The notes under the pieces were generated by a model. It saw only the letters and a program-made list of their open reading frames with translations, searched no databases and had not been told where the DNA came from. 64,000 nt of DNA from sequence record NZ_CP033968.1; one strand, 5' to 3'. Each line of letters begins with the position of its first letter. Position 1 is the stretch's first letter. The stretch comes from a plasmid. Below are positions 28,425 through 38,143 of the stretch, in pieces. A program made the position numbers and the translations under genes.

Positions 28425-28670
28425 TCAGGCCGGTTTTGGCCGCTGGCCAGCGCGTCCAACTGGCGCTTTCTTCAACACATCTACCAACCGGCGCGTCGTT
28501 GCCGCCTCGGTCTCGGCGCGCTCAGCGCGTCGCAGCGCTTCCTGCAGCTGCAACTGAGTCTGCGCCAGTTGATCGGCCGCCGCGCGCAGCTGAGCCACGG
28601 CGGCGTCTGCCTGCTGCTGCGCCCCGCCCAGTTCCGCGCGCAAGGCGCCGATCGCGTTGGCGTGCTGAAC
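28425..28670 (-). pseudogene. C-terminal coiled-coil fragment of a gene truncated by IS1071.
   Basis: The frame is open right up to the IS1071 left IR with no start codon context. Ala/Gln-rich coiled-coil sequence with high GC3. Confidence 0.4.
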
Positions 28671-31600
28671 GGGGTCTCCTCGTTTTCAGTGCAATAAGTG
28701 ACGGTACGAAAAGCTAGCACTGGCGCGGAGGTGGTGTTGGTAGATCGTTGATTTCATTGACTTTCCTGTTCACTTTCAAATCTGCGATTCGTGGCGTCAA
28801 ACCGTGGTCGGTTTCATCCATTGGTGCCAGTTATCGATGCATTTGGCCGCGAAGGCAGGATTTGGTCAGCATAGCGGTCAACCGGGAAGCGAAACACACC
28901 CCGCAAGTTGATGCTCTCCAGCCTGGTGGGCGCAATCTTCCCGATCAGTTCCGGTGGAATGACCTGGCGGCGGTTCGACCAGCGATCCAGGACCGCCTGC
29001 ATCTGTGAGGTATTCCACGCCATCACGATGTTGGCCATCAGGCTCAACGCATCGGCCACAGCCTGCATTTCATCGACACGTTTGGCCTGCGCCGGGCTGA
29101 TCCGGCCGGTATAAATGGCGCGCTTGAGGGCGTTAACAGCCTCGCCCCGATTGAGCACCCGGCGCAACTCGTTCCTGAAAGCGTCCTTGACAAAGTAGTC
29201 AGCCAAAAACGCCGTACGCAGCAACCGCCCCAATTGCACGCCAGCCTCATAGATTGGATCGCCCTGGGCGGCAGAACCGAACCGCGCAAGAGCTGCCACC
29301 GCACTGGCATGTCCGCTCATGACCGAGGCTGCCAGGTGCACCAGACTATCCCAATGCTTTTCGATCAAAGCGACGTCGACATTGGCTTCGCACACCGCAG
29401 CGATTTCTGCGGGCACTTTGGTGCCGCGTGGCACAAAGAGGTGGCGCTGTTTGAGTTCCTTCAACCGCGGGCAAAGATCAAAACCAAGCAAACGGGCATG
29501 TGACATGGCAAAGTCGGTGTAGCCATGGGTATCCACAGCAAGCTGGCTGGTCTCCAGCTTTTCTTGGCGGATGACACCTTCAATGGCCACGCCCGCCTGG
29601 CGCTCATTGAGCACAAAGGGCTGCGCATGGAAGATGCCCCACCGGTCTTTTACATGGGAGTAGATTCCAATGGAAGGTGTGTTGCGCCGAGGATCAAGCC
29701 GGGCTTGCCACACCCGTTTGGTGGTCTCCATGCTCATCATGTCAGAAGATGCCAAATCGGACCGCCCCCAGGTGGCGGCAATCGGGTGTCGCTGCATGAA
29801 TTCCAGCACAGCCTGGCAGGCCTGGCTCAGACGCCGTTCGTCCCGCGCCCAGCGCATGGCCTGGCGAATGCTGGTGGCAGACAATTGCGGAATCATGCGC
29901 GCGCATTCGACCGCAGTCAGACTGGTGCCGTGGGCCATGATGCCGGCATAGACCATCAGCAGCTCGTCGGTAGAGCGCGGCTCACGTCCGAGCATGATCC
30001 AGCTAAAGCGCACCTGGGCGTCAACGGCCAGAATCACTTCCGGCAATTGAACCTCACCGATGCGGTGATCCAAAGCCGCGCGCAGCTTGGTCACTTCTGG
30101 GTCTTCGTCCTCTGCGGGCAATGGCGACAAATGGAGTTCATCATCCACGCGCAGTACGCCACTGCGGGCTGCAGCGGCCACCGCATCGACACCGGCAGTT
30201 ACTCTGGCCAGCAAAGGCTTCAAGAAAGTGGCAGCCTTGCTGGGTAACGATAGACGGGCATAGTGTTTCTTGGACTCTGCCTGCCAACGCTCGTCCGTGA
30301 AGAACAAGCGCGCACGACCCCGAAAGCTCAGGCTGTGCTCAATCCAGACCGAGCCATTGCGCACCGCGCGGCGCAGGGCAAACAGGGTGGCCACCTCCAA
30401 CGCCTGAAACGCCCGTTCCCGGTCTGGGCTGGAGATCGAAACCTGCCAGATCATTCCCAGACTTGGTGCCACCACTTCAACTGGCAGCTTTCTGGATCCT
30501 TTGAGATATAAAGCTTGCAGCTTGGCAAGGTACTCGATGGCAGGATGCTCGCCGGTGGCCTGCCAGGGCAGCTTTGCAATGGCGACGAGCAACGACCGCA
30601 CGGGGCGAATTCCATCAATCAATCCCTCGCGGACCAGGGAGGCCCTGCTCGGTGGTTTGCGTTTCTGGGTTTCGGTGATCAAGGCTTCAAGACGGGCACG
30701 CAACTCAGCATCTGGCACCGCACCTTGCGCGCTCAAGGCAACAAGTTCGCCGAGCAGCGTTTTGTACATTGCGGCCCAATTGACGGTAGCGGGGACATCG
30801 GCGGCAGCCTGACGCCACAGATCGGCGATCCGGCGCTGCACCATAAGGATCAACTGGTCTGTGGTGGTGAACAGGCAATACCGAAGAAAGCATGCGACCT
30901 CCACGGTGCGCGCTGGCTCTTTGATCTTGGCTCCGGCTGAGGGCGGCCTGGAGACAAGTCGGCGCGCGTAGCGGCGCAAGATGAGATCGGGGATGTCTGC
31001 CAGGTGCTTATGAACGTCCAGCGTGTAAAGCAGGTCGATGCGCTCCAGTACCTCGCTGATTTGGCGGGTTGAGTGTTTCGCCGGTGCAGCCCATAGCCAA
31101 CTCTGCTGGGTTTGTCCATCTGGGCGCAGCTCTGAAACTGAGGCTCGCCAGCGATCAAGTGTTGCTGGATCAACGCTGGCGGCGATGGCGGTGCCTGTTT
31201 CAACTTCAAGCTGGGCAAGTGCCGCCGCAATCAGTGTCCGAATTGCCCGCTCGTGCACGATCACCAGCTTGTTCTTGTACAGCCATTGACGCGCCCGCAC
31301 GAGTAGCTGATCGCGGTCGGCGCAGCGCGCCACTTCGTCGCGCAGTTCACGTACCAGTGAGCGGCGCTGGTGCTCGCTCATCCACTGGAATCCAAGGACC
31401 GTGCAGGCTACTTGTTGGTGATCGAATAGCGTGCGCCCGCGTTCATACATGGCTCTCAGCGAGGCGACTTCTGGTGCTGCAATGCCAAGCTCGTTGCCAA
31501 GGTGGCGCCACAAGGCTACTGGAATTACCCGAAAGGCACCGAGCAAACGCCCACTCATGCGCAGGAAACCAATATGGAGCGCCAGACCAAGCTTGTGGGA

Positions 31601-31874
31601 ATCACCTCGGCGTGCATTGATTGCGTCGCGCTCGGCACCATCGAAGGTGAAAAATGCCTTCATCTCGAAGTCGCTGATATCGCGGGGGAGCCCACGCATC
31701 CCCAAAAACGTTGTGTGCCAACCCTGCATCGTGAACCTCAAAAGTGGGAGGCCACCATACCCGTTTACAAAGCGAACAGGAAAGTCAATGAAATCAACGG
31801 TCTACCCAGACCACCCCCGCGCCAGTGCTAGCTTTGCGTACCGTCACTTATTGCACTGAAAACGAGGAGACCCC
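28671..31874 (-). mobile_element. IS1071 (Tn3-family IS, 3204 bp, ~110-bp terminal inverted repeats) with no target-site duplication.
   Basis: IRs begin GGGGTCTCCTCGTTTTCAGTGCAATAAGTGACGGTACG and match for ~105-110 bp. Encodes only tnpA. Flanking 5-mers differ (TGAAC vs CAATC). Confidence 0.85.
28814..31741 (-). CDS. tnpA: IS1071 Tn3-family transposase TnpA (975 aa).
   Basis: Tn3-family TnpA length with a DDE region. Bracketed by the long IRs. Confidence 0.9.
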   Translation of the reverse strand: MRFTMQGWHTTFLGMRGLPRDISDFEMKAFFTFDGAERDAINARRGDSHKLGLALHIGFLRMSGRLLGAFRVIPVALWRHLGNELGIAAPEVASLRAMYERGRTLFDHQQVACTVLGFQWMSEHQRRSLVRELRDEVARCADRDQLLVRARQWLYKNKLVIVHERAIRTLIAAALAQLEVETGTAIAASVDPATLDRWRASVSELRPDGQTQQSWLWAAPAKHSTRQISEVLERIDLLYTLDVHKHLADIPDLILRRYARRLVSRPPSAGAKIKEPARTVEVACFLRYCLFTTTDQLILMVQRRIADLWRQAAADVPATVNWAAMYKTLLGELVALSAQGAVPDAELRARLEALITETQKRKPPSRASLVREGLIDGIRPVRSLLVAIAKLPWQATGEHPAIEYLAKLQALYLKGSRKLPVEVVAPSLGMIWQVSISSPDRERAFQALEVATLFALRRAVRNGSVWIEHSLSFRGRARLFFTDERWQAESKKHYARLSLPSKAATFLKPLLARVTAGVDAVAAAARSGVLRVDDELHLSPLPAEDEDPEVTKLRAALDHRIGEVQLPEVILAVDAQVRFSWIMLGREPRSTDELLMVYAGIMAHGTSLTAVECARMIPQLSATSIRQAMRWARDERRLSQACQAVLEFMQRHPIAATWGRSDLASSDMMSMETTKRVWQARLDPRRNTPSIGIYSHVKDRWGIFHAQPFVLNERQAGVAIEGVIRQEKLETSQLAVDTHGYTDFAMSHARLLGFDLCPRLKELKQRHLFVPRGTKVPAEIAAVCEANVDVALIEKHWDSLVHLAASVMSGHASAVAALARFGSAAQGDPIYEAGVQLGRLLRTAFLADYFVKDAFRNELRRVLNRGEAVNALKRAIYTGRISPAQAKRVDEMQAVADALSLMANIVMAWNTSQMQAVLDRWSNRRQVIPPELIGKIAPTRLESINLRGVFRFPVDRYADQILPSRPNASITGTNG

Positions 31875-32101
31875 CAATCCGACAAGGCGATCAACTCGTT
31901 CAGTTCGTCGTCTGGGATCGAGAGCAACCAGGCACGTAGCTCATCCTCATTCATCTCGACCGGGTTCTTGTCGAGGTCTACGATGCGCCAACGCAACCGC
32001 TCGCGGGCTTCCACGTTGAGCGGTGGCGGAAGAATCGGATGCGAGTGCGAACCGCTCGCACCCGATTTCGGCCTCAGACGGAACCCATAAAAGGTCTTCA
32101 T
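31875..32101 (-). pseudogene. N-terminal fragment (~75 aa) of a gene abutting the IS1071 right end.
   Basis: The ORF runs into the IS IR. Sequence MKTFYGFRLRPKSG...DDELNELIALSDW. Confidence 0.35.
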
Positions 32102-32122
32102 TGCACTACCGACGGGCCGAGG

Positions 32123-32467
32123 TCAGTCCGTGAAACCGACCAGCCACTGATTGTCGTGGTCGAACAAGTAGGCCACCACGGTCCTATGCTTTTGGATCTG
32201 GGCCGCCTGCTTGGCGGCGCCGCGATAGTCTGCGAACACCTTGGCCAGGTCCGGGTTGGCACCATACCGATAGACCGTGACCCCGCGTTGGGACTCCATG
32301 GCATCGGCCAGGAATTCGTCGCTATCGGGCAGGTGCACGACGTAGCCCACGAACTTCGCGGACGCCGCAAAACCCATACTTTCGCGCATGGCCTCGGGGC
32401 TCGGTACCGCGCCAATGGCAGCCTCCACACGTTCTGTCTGACTGCCGCGCCGCTTGGCCTCACCCAT
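32123..32467 (-). CDS. Hypothetical protein (114 aa), paralogous at its N-terminus to the upstream gene.
   Basis: Start MGEAKRRGSQTERVEAA with GGAGG RBS. Internal start of track ORF 32123..32548. Confidence 0.45.
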   Translation of the reverse strand: MGEAKRRGSQTERVEAAIGAVPSPEAMRESMGFAASAKFVGYVVHLPDSDEFLADAMESQRGVTVYRYGANPDLAKVFADYRGAAKQAAQIQKHRTVVAYLFDHDNQWLVGFTD

Positions 32468-32813
32468 GGTGAGTACCTCCGGACGGGCCGTCGAGCGGGA
32501 GGTAGCGCCCATCGGACGATTGGCTGCCGACGACGCCTTCGCTGCCAATCATGTCCTGCCACGCAAGGATGGAATCGGCCACCGCATCGGAGTCGCCCTT
32601 GAATGCGACGACCGACTCCCCGCACGTCGGGCACGGCCCGCCAAAGGCCGCATCGATACCGGCCAGGCCGCGCGTGCCCAGCGCCTCAAACTCGGCAAAC
32701 GCCGTTTTGCAGCTGCCGCACACCAGCGTCTCCGGGCGCAGCGCCGCCAGTTTGGCGTGCGCTTGCGCCACCCGTTGTTCTTTGGTCCCGCGTTGTTTTG
32801 CTTGTCCCACCAT
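32460..32813 (-). CDS. Hypothetical zinc-ribbon protein (117 aa).
   Basis: MVGQAKQRGTKEQRVAQA..., CGSCKT...CPTCGE. AAGGGAGAA RBS. Confidence 0.45.
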   Translation of the reverse strand: MVGQAKQRGTKEQRVAQAHAKLAALRPETLVCGSCKTAFAEFEALGTRGLAGIDAAFGGPCPTCGESVVAFKGDSDAVADSILAWQDMIGSEGVVGSQSSDGRYLPLDGPSGGTHHG

Positions 32814-32869
32814 TTCTCCCTTGTTGATACGGCCTGAGCCGGCAAAGTCAGAGCGCGGTCAGCGGGCCG

Positions 32870-33529
32870 CTATTCTTCAGGCATCCAGTAAAACTCACCC
32901 GCATCCACGTCTTCCAAGATACGCGGCTCCGGCGCTCCCTTCTGCTCGACCGAGACAATCGTGCCGTGTCCGTACATGCGTTGGCCGACCTTTGGAAACT
33001 CCACGATCGCGATCACGGGTACCGCGAACGATGTTTCTTGGTTGTAGGCGTAGGCGTCCCCTGAAACCTCAATCCTCAGAATATCCGGCACTTGATCTTC
33101 GGCGCAATGGCAGCGGCTTGAGGTCGCTCTCTTGACATCCGGGTAACCGACCAATCGCTGGATGGCGTGGATTCGGGAATTGGACGTGTCCTCGAAAACA
33201 AGTTCAGCCGCGTTGTGCATGCCGCCGATGGTGGTCAGCCAAAATGGCGTAATGCCGCTGGGTCGAAGCGCCAAGGAAACGTCTCGCCACTGCGCTTCAG
33301 TCACGGCAAGTCCGAGGTCCTCCGCGCGTGCGAGTCCCGCCGCATCGTCGAACAGGACATAGTGGGGCTTGCCATTCAGGGTGTCGAGATCCGTCGCGCG
33401 AAGCGACGCGTACGTTCGGTGGCCGAGGCAGGCAGCGAGGAGCTGATGCACTTGGCCGAGTTTGATTTTGGGAGCTTGCTTGACAAGGAGGGCGTGCGCG
33501 ATGCCGCTCCAGCGGGAGAACTGGTCCAT
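32870..33529 (-). CDS. Hypothetical protein (219 aa), downstream in the tle1 operon. A candidate immunity or accessory protein.
   Basis: Track ORF, same strand as the T6SS module. Confidence 0.4.
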   Translation of the reverse strand: MDQFSRWSGIAHALLVKQAPKIKLGQVHQLLAACLGHRTYASLRATDLDTLNGKPHYVLFDDAAGLARAEDLGLAVTEAQWRDVSLALRPSGITPFWLTTIGGMHNAAELVFEDTSNSRIHAIQRLVGYPDVKRATSSRCHCAEDQVPDILRIEVSGDAYAYNQETSFAVPVIAIVEFPKVGQRMYGHGTIVSVEQKGAPEPRILEDVDAGEFYWMPEE

Positions 33530-33760
33530 GGTTGTCTCTCAGAGCACAGCGAACGTTGAGCGTTTAGCGTCCGCCGCCTTTGACAATCATGCGACGCGGA
33601 AGGAAGAGATGAATTCGTGCCAGTTTAAGCCGCTCAAAACTTGGGCTGGGAGCCCAGGCGGCGATGCGCGCCCGTGATGATTCTGCCATTGGTCCGAACC
33701 AAACGCAAACGCAGTCACGAAGATGGCAACGATGGTCTGCCCTCGGGCGGATCTAAACGA

Positions 33761-34147
33761 CTACTGCTCGATATAGGTGCCGAGCACCAGCACCTGTCCC
33801 GCCTCGGAAATCTCGAAAACGACGTTGCGACAGTTGAATTCAAAGCCGGTCCCATCGACGCCGTGCAGGTAGGAAACAACTCCGCCGCCTGCGAAGTGCA
33901 CCGTATGGGACACGGTGTCGTAGAGGCGGATGATGCTGTGTTTCACAACCTTCGAGAGATCGGCGATGGTGACTGCGCGGATAGCCGGCGTCCGCCCGTC
34001 GATGTCACCGTCGCGTGAGCAGTGAACCGTGGCGACGCCTGGCAACGTGACCATGAAGCTACCGTCGGGGTAGTCCATCCGCTGCCCACCTTGGCAGTCG
34101 ACAGCGGCGCGGGAATGTGGCGAAGGTGGGTCGGATCGGTCAGGCAT
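33761..34147 (-). CDS. Hypothetical protein (128 aa), downstream of tle1.
   Basis: Track ORF. Confidence 0.4.
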   Translation of the reverse strand: MPDRSDPPSPHSRAAVDCQGGQRMDYPDGSFMVTLPGVATVHCSRDGDIDGRTPAIRAVTIADLSKVVKHSIIRLYDTVSHTVHFAGGGVVSYLHGVDGTGFEFNCRNVVFEISEAGQVLVLGTYIEQ

Positions 34148-34443
34148 GGAGGTCTCTCGAAAACAGGACGGAAATGCTGTTTATGCGATCAAGGCGCCCC
34201 GGAGATTCCGACAACGCTGAAGACCAGCAACGGCAGCAGCATCAACCCTCCGATTCCCATGAAGACATAGGCGATTGCACGCAATACACGTCGCTGTGCG
34301 GCCATAGAGCGCAGCGCCTCCTCATCCGTGGAGGCACCCGTATCAGTCATCCCCATGGAAGCGAGCAGGCTCGCGATCCCGAGTCCGAGCAGGACGATTG
34401 GGAGGTCGAAGTCAGCTGAGGAAATGCCTGTTTCCTGGCTGCG

Positions 34444-36723
34444 TCAAAGCATGGGGACCCCGCCGCCTGAGTACTGCTCCAGGACGCGCTTCGCACCACG
34501 TTCCAGCGCGTCTTGGCCGGCAGACAAGAGCTTGCGAGCTGTGCTCGCTAGACCCTCTTCTGCGCTATGCGCGACTTCGCCGACCTTCTGGGAGACTGTG
34601 TCCGCTACCTTGCCAGGCACCGCCGCCACACGGTCCCACGCCGCTTGCGCACGCTCGCCCAGCGTCAGCTCCGGCGCGAAGTGTGTGCGCCAGCGTAGAT
34701 ACCCCCATACTGAACTGAACTCGCGTCCGGTTTTCTCCAACGGCAGCGTGCCGTCCTTCAGATAGCGGTCCAAATCGATGCGATCCTGACCCATAACTGG
34801 TGGCGGTGGCGGCGCGACTTCACCCTTGCCGCCGTCAGAAACCGGCGCATAGCGCTCGATCGTTCCGCGCGGGTCCCGCTGGAGGTCCGCGCTCATCTTC
34901 TGCCACTCCGCCTTCCATCTGGCGTTCCACTCGGCATCTTTGCGCTTGAGGTCTTCCAGCCGGTTTTTTTCCCTCAGCTTCCAGACCCCTTCATTGGTGG
35001 CGCCCATTGGCTTGAACCACGCACGCGAGTCGTGCACGTAGTCGTCAAAGAACTTGACGATCCTCGGGTCCAACGGCGACGTGTCATTCCAATACTCTTT
35101 GACCTCTCGCCACTGTGCAACTTTGTCGCCCCATATGGCACGGTGGAGTCTGATCAACGCCTCAGCGGCCACACCTGACCTGCGGAATACCGCCGCCATC
35201 CAGCCATCTGAGTACAGGATGGAGTTTTCCATCTCCGACATCGTCTTGGCTTCTTCGCGCAATTCTTCGTTTGCGCCGCTCAGATCCTGTGCGCACTGAG
35301 CACTGTAATTCTGTGCTCGCCTGAAAAAGGGTTGGTTCTCAAAGGCATCGGGTCCGCTGCCCAGGCGCAGCCGACGCCAACGCAGGTACAAGCCGTATTG
35401 CACGTGTGCTGCGCCAGTAGTTCCTCCGCCCTTCTTTTTGATAAGCGGATTCACCGCATCAACGTACGCGTTGTAGTCCTTGATCAGTTGGGGCGAGATC
35501 TTGAGTGCATCCAGAACCCGAGGTGGAAGATCCGCTGACGGCTTCAACGGCACGCCGGCAGCAACGGCTTCCCGATACATCTTGGCAAGTGTCACTTGCG
35601 AGAGCTTGGTGCTGTCGTCGGGTGTTCCGTCGGCCCTGCAACCACGGCCTTGGTCCCCTGGCCGGTATGCCCCGCCCACATCCGTGTGGACGCCTGGATA
35701 GGCGATTTCGAGCAGATCCCTGGCGACCGCCTTGTCCAACGGGAACGAGCCACGTATTTCGTGTGAGGAAATCAAGTGGACCGTCCGATTGACATATTTC
35801 GGAATGCGTAGGAATTCCTCTTGGCCCCACCCGCCGTGGCCGGTGGAGAACATGGAGCTTTGGGCGAACCCCACGGACGCGACAGTATCCAAGATTCCGA
35901 GGAAATCGAAGCTCACCTCGACACCAGCCAGCGTCATACCTGGGTCGAACGCATCTTCCAGCCAGTTGCTGAACACCCGAGCTTCCGCCGCGCCGCGTGA
36001 GAATCCGAACACGTACAGGCGAATGCGCTGGAGCTTCGGCTTGCGGTCGGCGATGAGTGCCTTCAGCTTTTGCGAAAGGAACTCGCGCCGCCGTTGCAAC
36101 TCCTGCTTGCGCGGAATGGCATTGGGAATGTTGTCCGCCGTGTCCAACGCGACGGCGAGCGTGCGCCCCGTCCCTGCGTCATTCAGTTGCTCCACTTCGT
36201 CTTTGATCTTCTGCGCCTCGTCGCGTGCGCCGGCTTCCGCGCGCTTATGTACAGGGAAGCTCAAATCGCCCGAGATTTTGCGAAGCACCTTCAGATCTTC
36301 GGTGCCCATCGCCCTACTCAGATCATCTCCGTAAAACAGCTGGTAAAGCGCATCGGTTAGTTTCAGCAATGCCCAATTGATGCGGGCTTCACCGCCCCAG
36401 CCCGCCATCAGCCCCGCCCGTGCGTCATAGCCGCGGCCGGTGTCGCCGATTTCTTTCTCGAACGGTGTCCCGATGCCGGGCACATAGAAGGCCACCTGAT
36501 TTTTCTTCCGCTCAAAGATGTCGTACAGCCGCGCTACGTTACTGTGGGCGTGCTTGGGTGCGTCCCGATCCTTGTTGTTGTTGGTGCCATCGAAGAAGAT
36601 CCCGATTCGCAATTCCTCGGTGCATTGCCCTGAGAAGGCCTCAATGTTGTTCGCCATGCACCGTCCCTTCTCGTCCAGCGTTAGGGCGAAGGGATTTGGC
36701 TGCAGTCGTTCGAGTTCGGCCAT
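34444..36723 (-). CDS. tle1: T6SS phospholipase effector of the Tle1 family (DUF2235 alpha/beta hydrolase, 759 aa).
   Basis: IGIFFDGTNNN start of the DUF2235 domain. GxSxG lipase motif in VFGFSRGAAEAR. Positioned after vgrG, DUF4123 and DUF3304. Confidence 0.8.
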   Translation of the reverse strand: MAELERLQPNPFALTLDEKGRCMANNIEAFSGQCTEELRIGIFFDGTNNNKDRDAPKHAHSNVARLYDIFERKKNQVAFYVPGIGTPFEKEIGDTGRGYDARAGLMAGWGGEARINWALLKLTDALYQLFYGDDLSRAMGTEDLKVLRKISGDLSFPVHKRAEAGARDEAQKIKDEVEQLNDAGTGRTLAVALDTADNIPNAIPRKQELQRRREFLSQKLKALIADRKPKLQRIRLYVFGFSRGAAEARVFSNWLEDAFDPGMTLAGVEVSFDFLGILDTVASVGFAQSSMFSTGHGGWGQEEFLRIPKYVNRTVHLISSHEIRGSFPLDKAVARDLLEIAYPGVHTDVGGAYRPGDQGRGCRADGTPDDSTKLSQVTLAKMYREAVAAGVPLKPSADLPPRVLDALKISPQLIKDYNAYVDAVNPLIKKKGGGTTGAAHVQYGLYLRWRRLRLGSGPDAFENQPFFRRAQNYSAQCAQDLSGANEELREEAKTMSEMENSILYSDGWMAAVFRRSGVAAEALIRLHRAIWGDKVAQWREVKEYWNDTSPLDPRIVKFFDDYVHDSRAWFKPMGATNEGVWKLREKNRLEDLKRKDAEWNARWKAEWQKMSADLQRDPRGTIERYAPVSDGGKGEVAPPPPPVMGQDRIDLDRYLKDGTLPLEKTGREFSSVWGYLRWRTHFAPELTLGERAQAAWDRVAAVPGKVADTVSQKVGEVAHSAEEGLASTARKLLSAGQDALERGAKRVLEQYSGGGVPML

Positions 36724-36724
36724 C

Positions 36725-37267
36725 TCATCGCTCCTGGCTGGATGACGCCATGCGCTCGGGATAGAACTTGGCGGCGCACGCCTTGTCCGCCATGCAAGCG
36801 TCTTCTGGATACTTCAGTCCGCCTGGAAATTTGGGATTGAGAGGCGTATAGCGCGAAGCAATGGCTCTTATCTTCTTGCCTGGGTAAAACGCTAGCCAAA
36901 GCGAACTTGGATCGCCGTCAGGATACGGCTCGACGGGGACCTGTGCCTTGTATGTCGCATCATGGTCCTTCCGGTAGAGCGTGTCGTCCTGCCATTCAAC
37001 TTCTACTGTAAGACCTGGATGCCACTTGCGTGGCACACCGATTGCCCCTGCAACACCAAAACCCCCTGCATGGCGCTTCTCACTTCCTACCCAAACGCCG
37101 TTTACATAAACGATGTCGAGTCCCTCATCCATGTAGTTGAGCACTCGGACCTCAAGGCCGAGGTCTTCATCTTGCTGGGCAGCATTCGCCTGCTCCGCAG
37201 GCTTGCAGCCGGCGCTGAGCGTGGCCAACACCACCAACACGAGTGCCATCCATGTTCGAATTTTCAT
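36725..37267 (-). CDS. DUF3304-like lipoprotein, a putative Tli1-type immunity protein.
   Basis: Lipobox LATLSAGC. ~180 aa periplasmic protein located between the adaptor and the effector. Confidence 0.5.
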   Translation of the reverse strand: MKIRTWMALVLVVLATLSAGCKPAEQANAAQQDEDLGLEVRVLNYMDEGLDIVYVNGVWVGSEKRHAGGFGVAGAIGVPRKWHPGLTVEVEWQDDTLYRKDHDATYKAQVPVEPYPDGDPSSLWLAFYPGKKIRAIASRYTPLNPKFPGGLKYPEDACMADKACAAKFYPERMASSSQER

Positions 37268-38115
37268 GACTGTTCCGTCGTTTCTTGCGACTGCAGCAAA
37301 CCAGCTTCACTCAATGCACCGGCGACTACTCGAAAAACCACTGCGTCATGCGCGCCCGCGTTGAACTCGGGGCTATCCAGCGCCATCCGAATGCAGCTAT
37401 GCGCCTGAGATGGTGTACCTGTTAGTTCTCCCCACCAATGCACGTTCGTCTGAATGAGTCTCAGCAGGCCATCCGGGCGAGCCAGCGCATCAAGACGATC
37501 CATCTGCTCCCGACTGAAGACATAGGGTTCGTCAGTCCGGTCGGCTGAAGCATCGTCAGGGTGACCGACAGCCTGCAACCTGCCATCGCGTCGGAAGTAC
37601 CACCACCGCAACCCATTCAGGAAGCGCTCACGCTGCGCGTCATCAAACACCTGCAGCAGCGCATCCAACGAGCGGGTATCCGCGAAGCGGATCAGGAACG
37701 CCTTCCCCTCATGGTCCACAGCTTCCATCTGGTCCTGGAGGTGCGCGACTGGATCAAGAGCCGACGCGATGCGATGCAAGAAGCTCAGCATCGGCTTGCC
37801 CGAAGTCTCATTCAGAACGAACTCAAGGAACGTACGCCGTTCGGATTCTTCAACCGGTATGCGGACCACGGAGGGGGCGATTTCTGCCAAGCCGGGCCCG
37901 TCATAGCGCCCCTCGTAGAGTGACTGCGGATGCAAGCCCGGAAACCGCGAGCGTAGCCGCTGCGCGAAACCGGTATCGAACGCGTTGTCGACCAAGGCAT
38001 ACACGTTCGCCTCCGGCAATGCGCCAAAAAGTTGTGCCAGAGCGCTATCCGGGAAATCGTTCACCCAAGCAGGTTCATCCGAGCGTCTGCGTTGAATCTG
38101 GAAACGGGTTGCCAT
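37264..38115 (-). CDS. DUF4123-family T6SS effector adaptor or chaperone.
   Basis: YALVDNAFD motif. Immediately downstream of vgrG. Track ORF 37264..38205 overlaps the vgrG 3' end, so an internal start was chosen. Confidence 0.6.
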   Translation of the reverse strand: MATRFQIQRRRSDEPAWVNDFPDSALAQLFGALPEANVYALVDNAFDTGFAQRLRSRFPGLHPQSLYEGRYDGPGLAEIAPSVVRIPVEESERRTFLEFVLNETSGKPMLSFLHRIASALDPVAHLQDQMEAVDHEGKAFLIRFADTRSLDALLQVFDDAQRERFLNGLRWWYFRRDGRLQAVGHPDDASADRTDEPYVFSREQMDRLDALARPDGLLRLIQTNVHWWGELTGTPSQAHSCIRMALDSPEFNAGAHDAVVFRVVAGALSEAGLLQSQETTEQS

Positions 38116-38143
38116 GGTGCCAATGACCTCGATGTCTGCTAAA

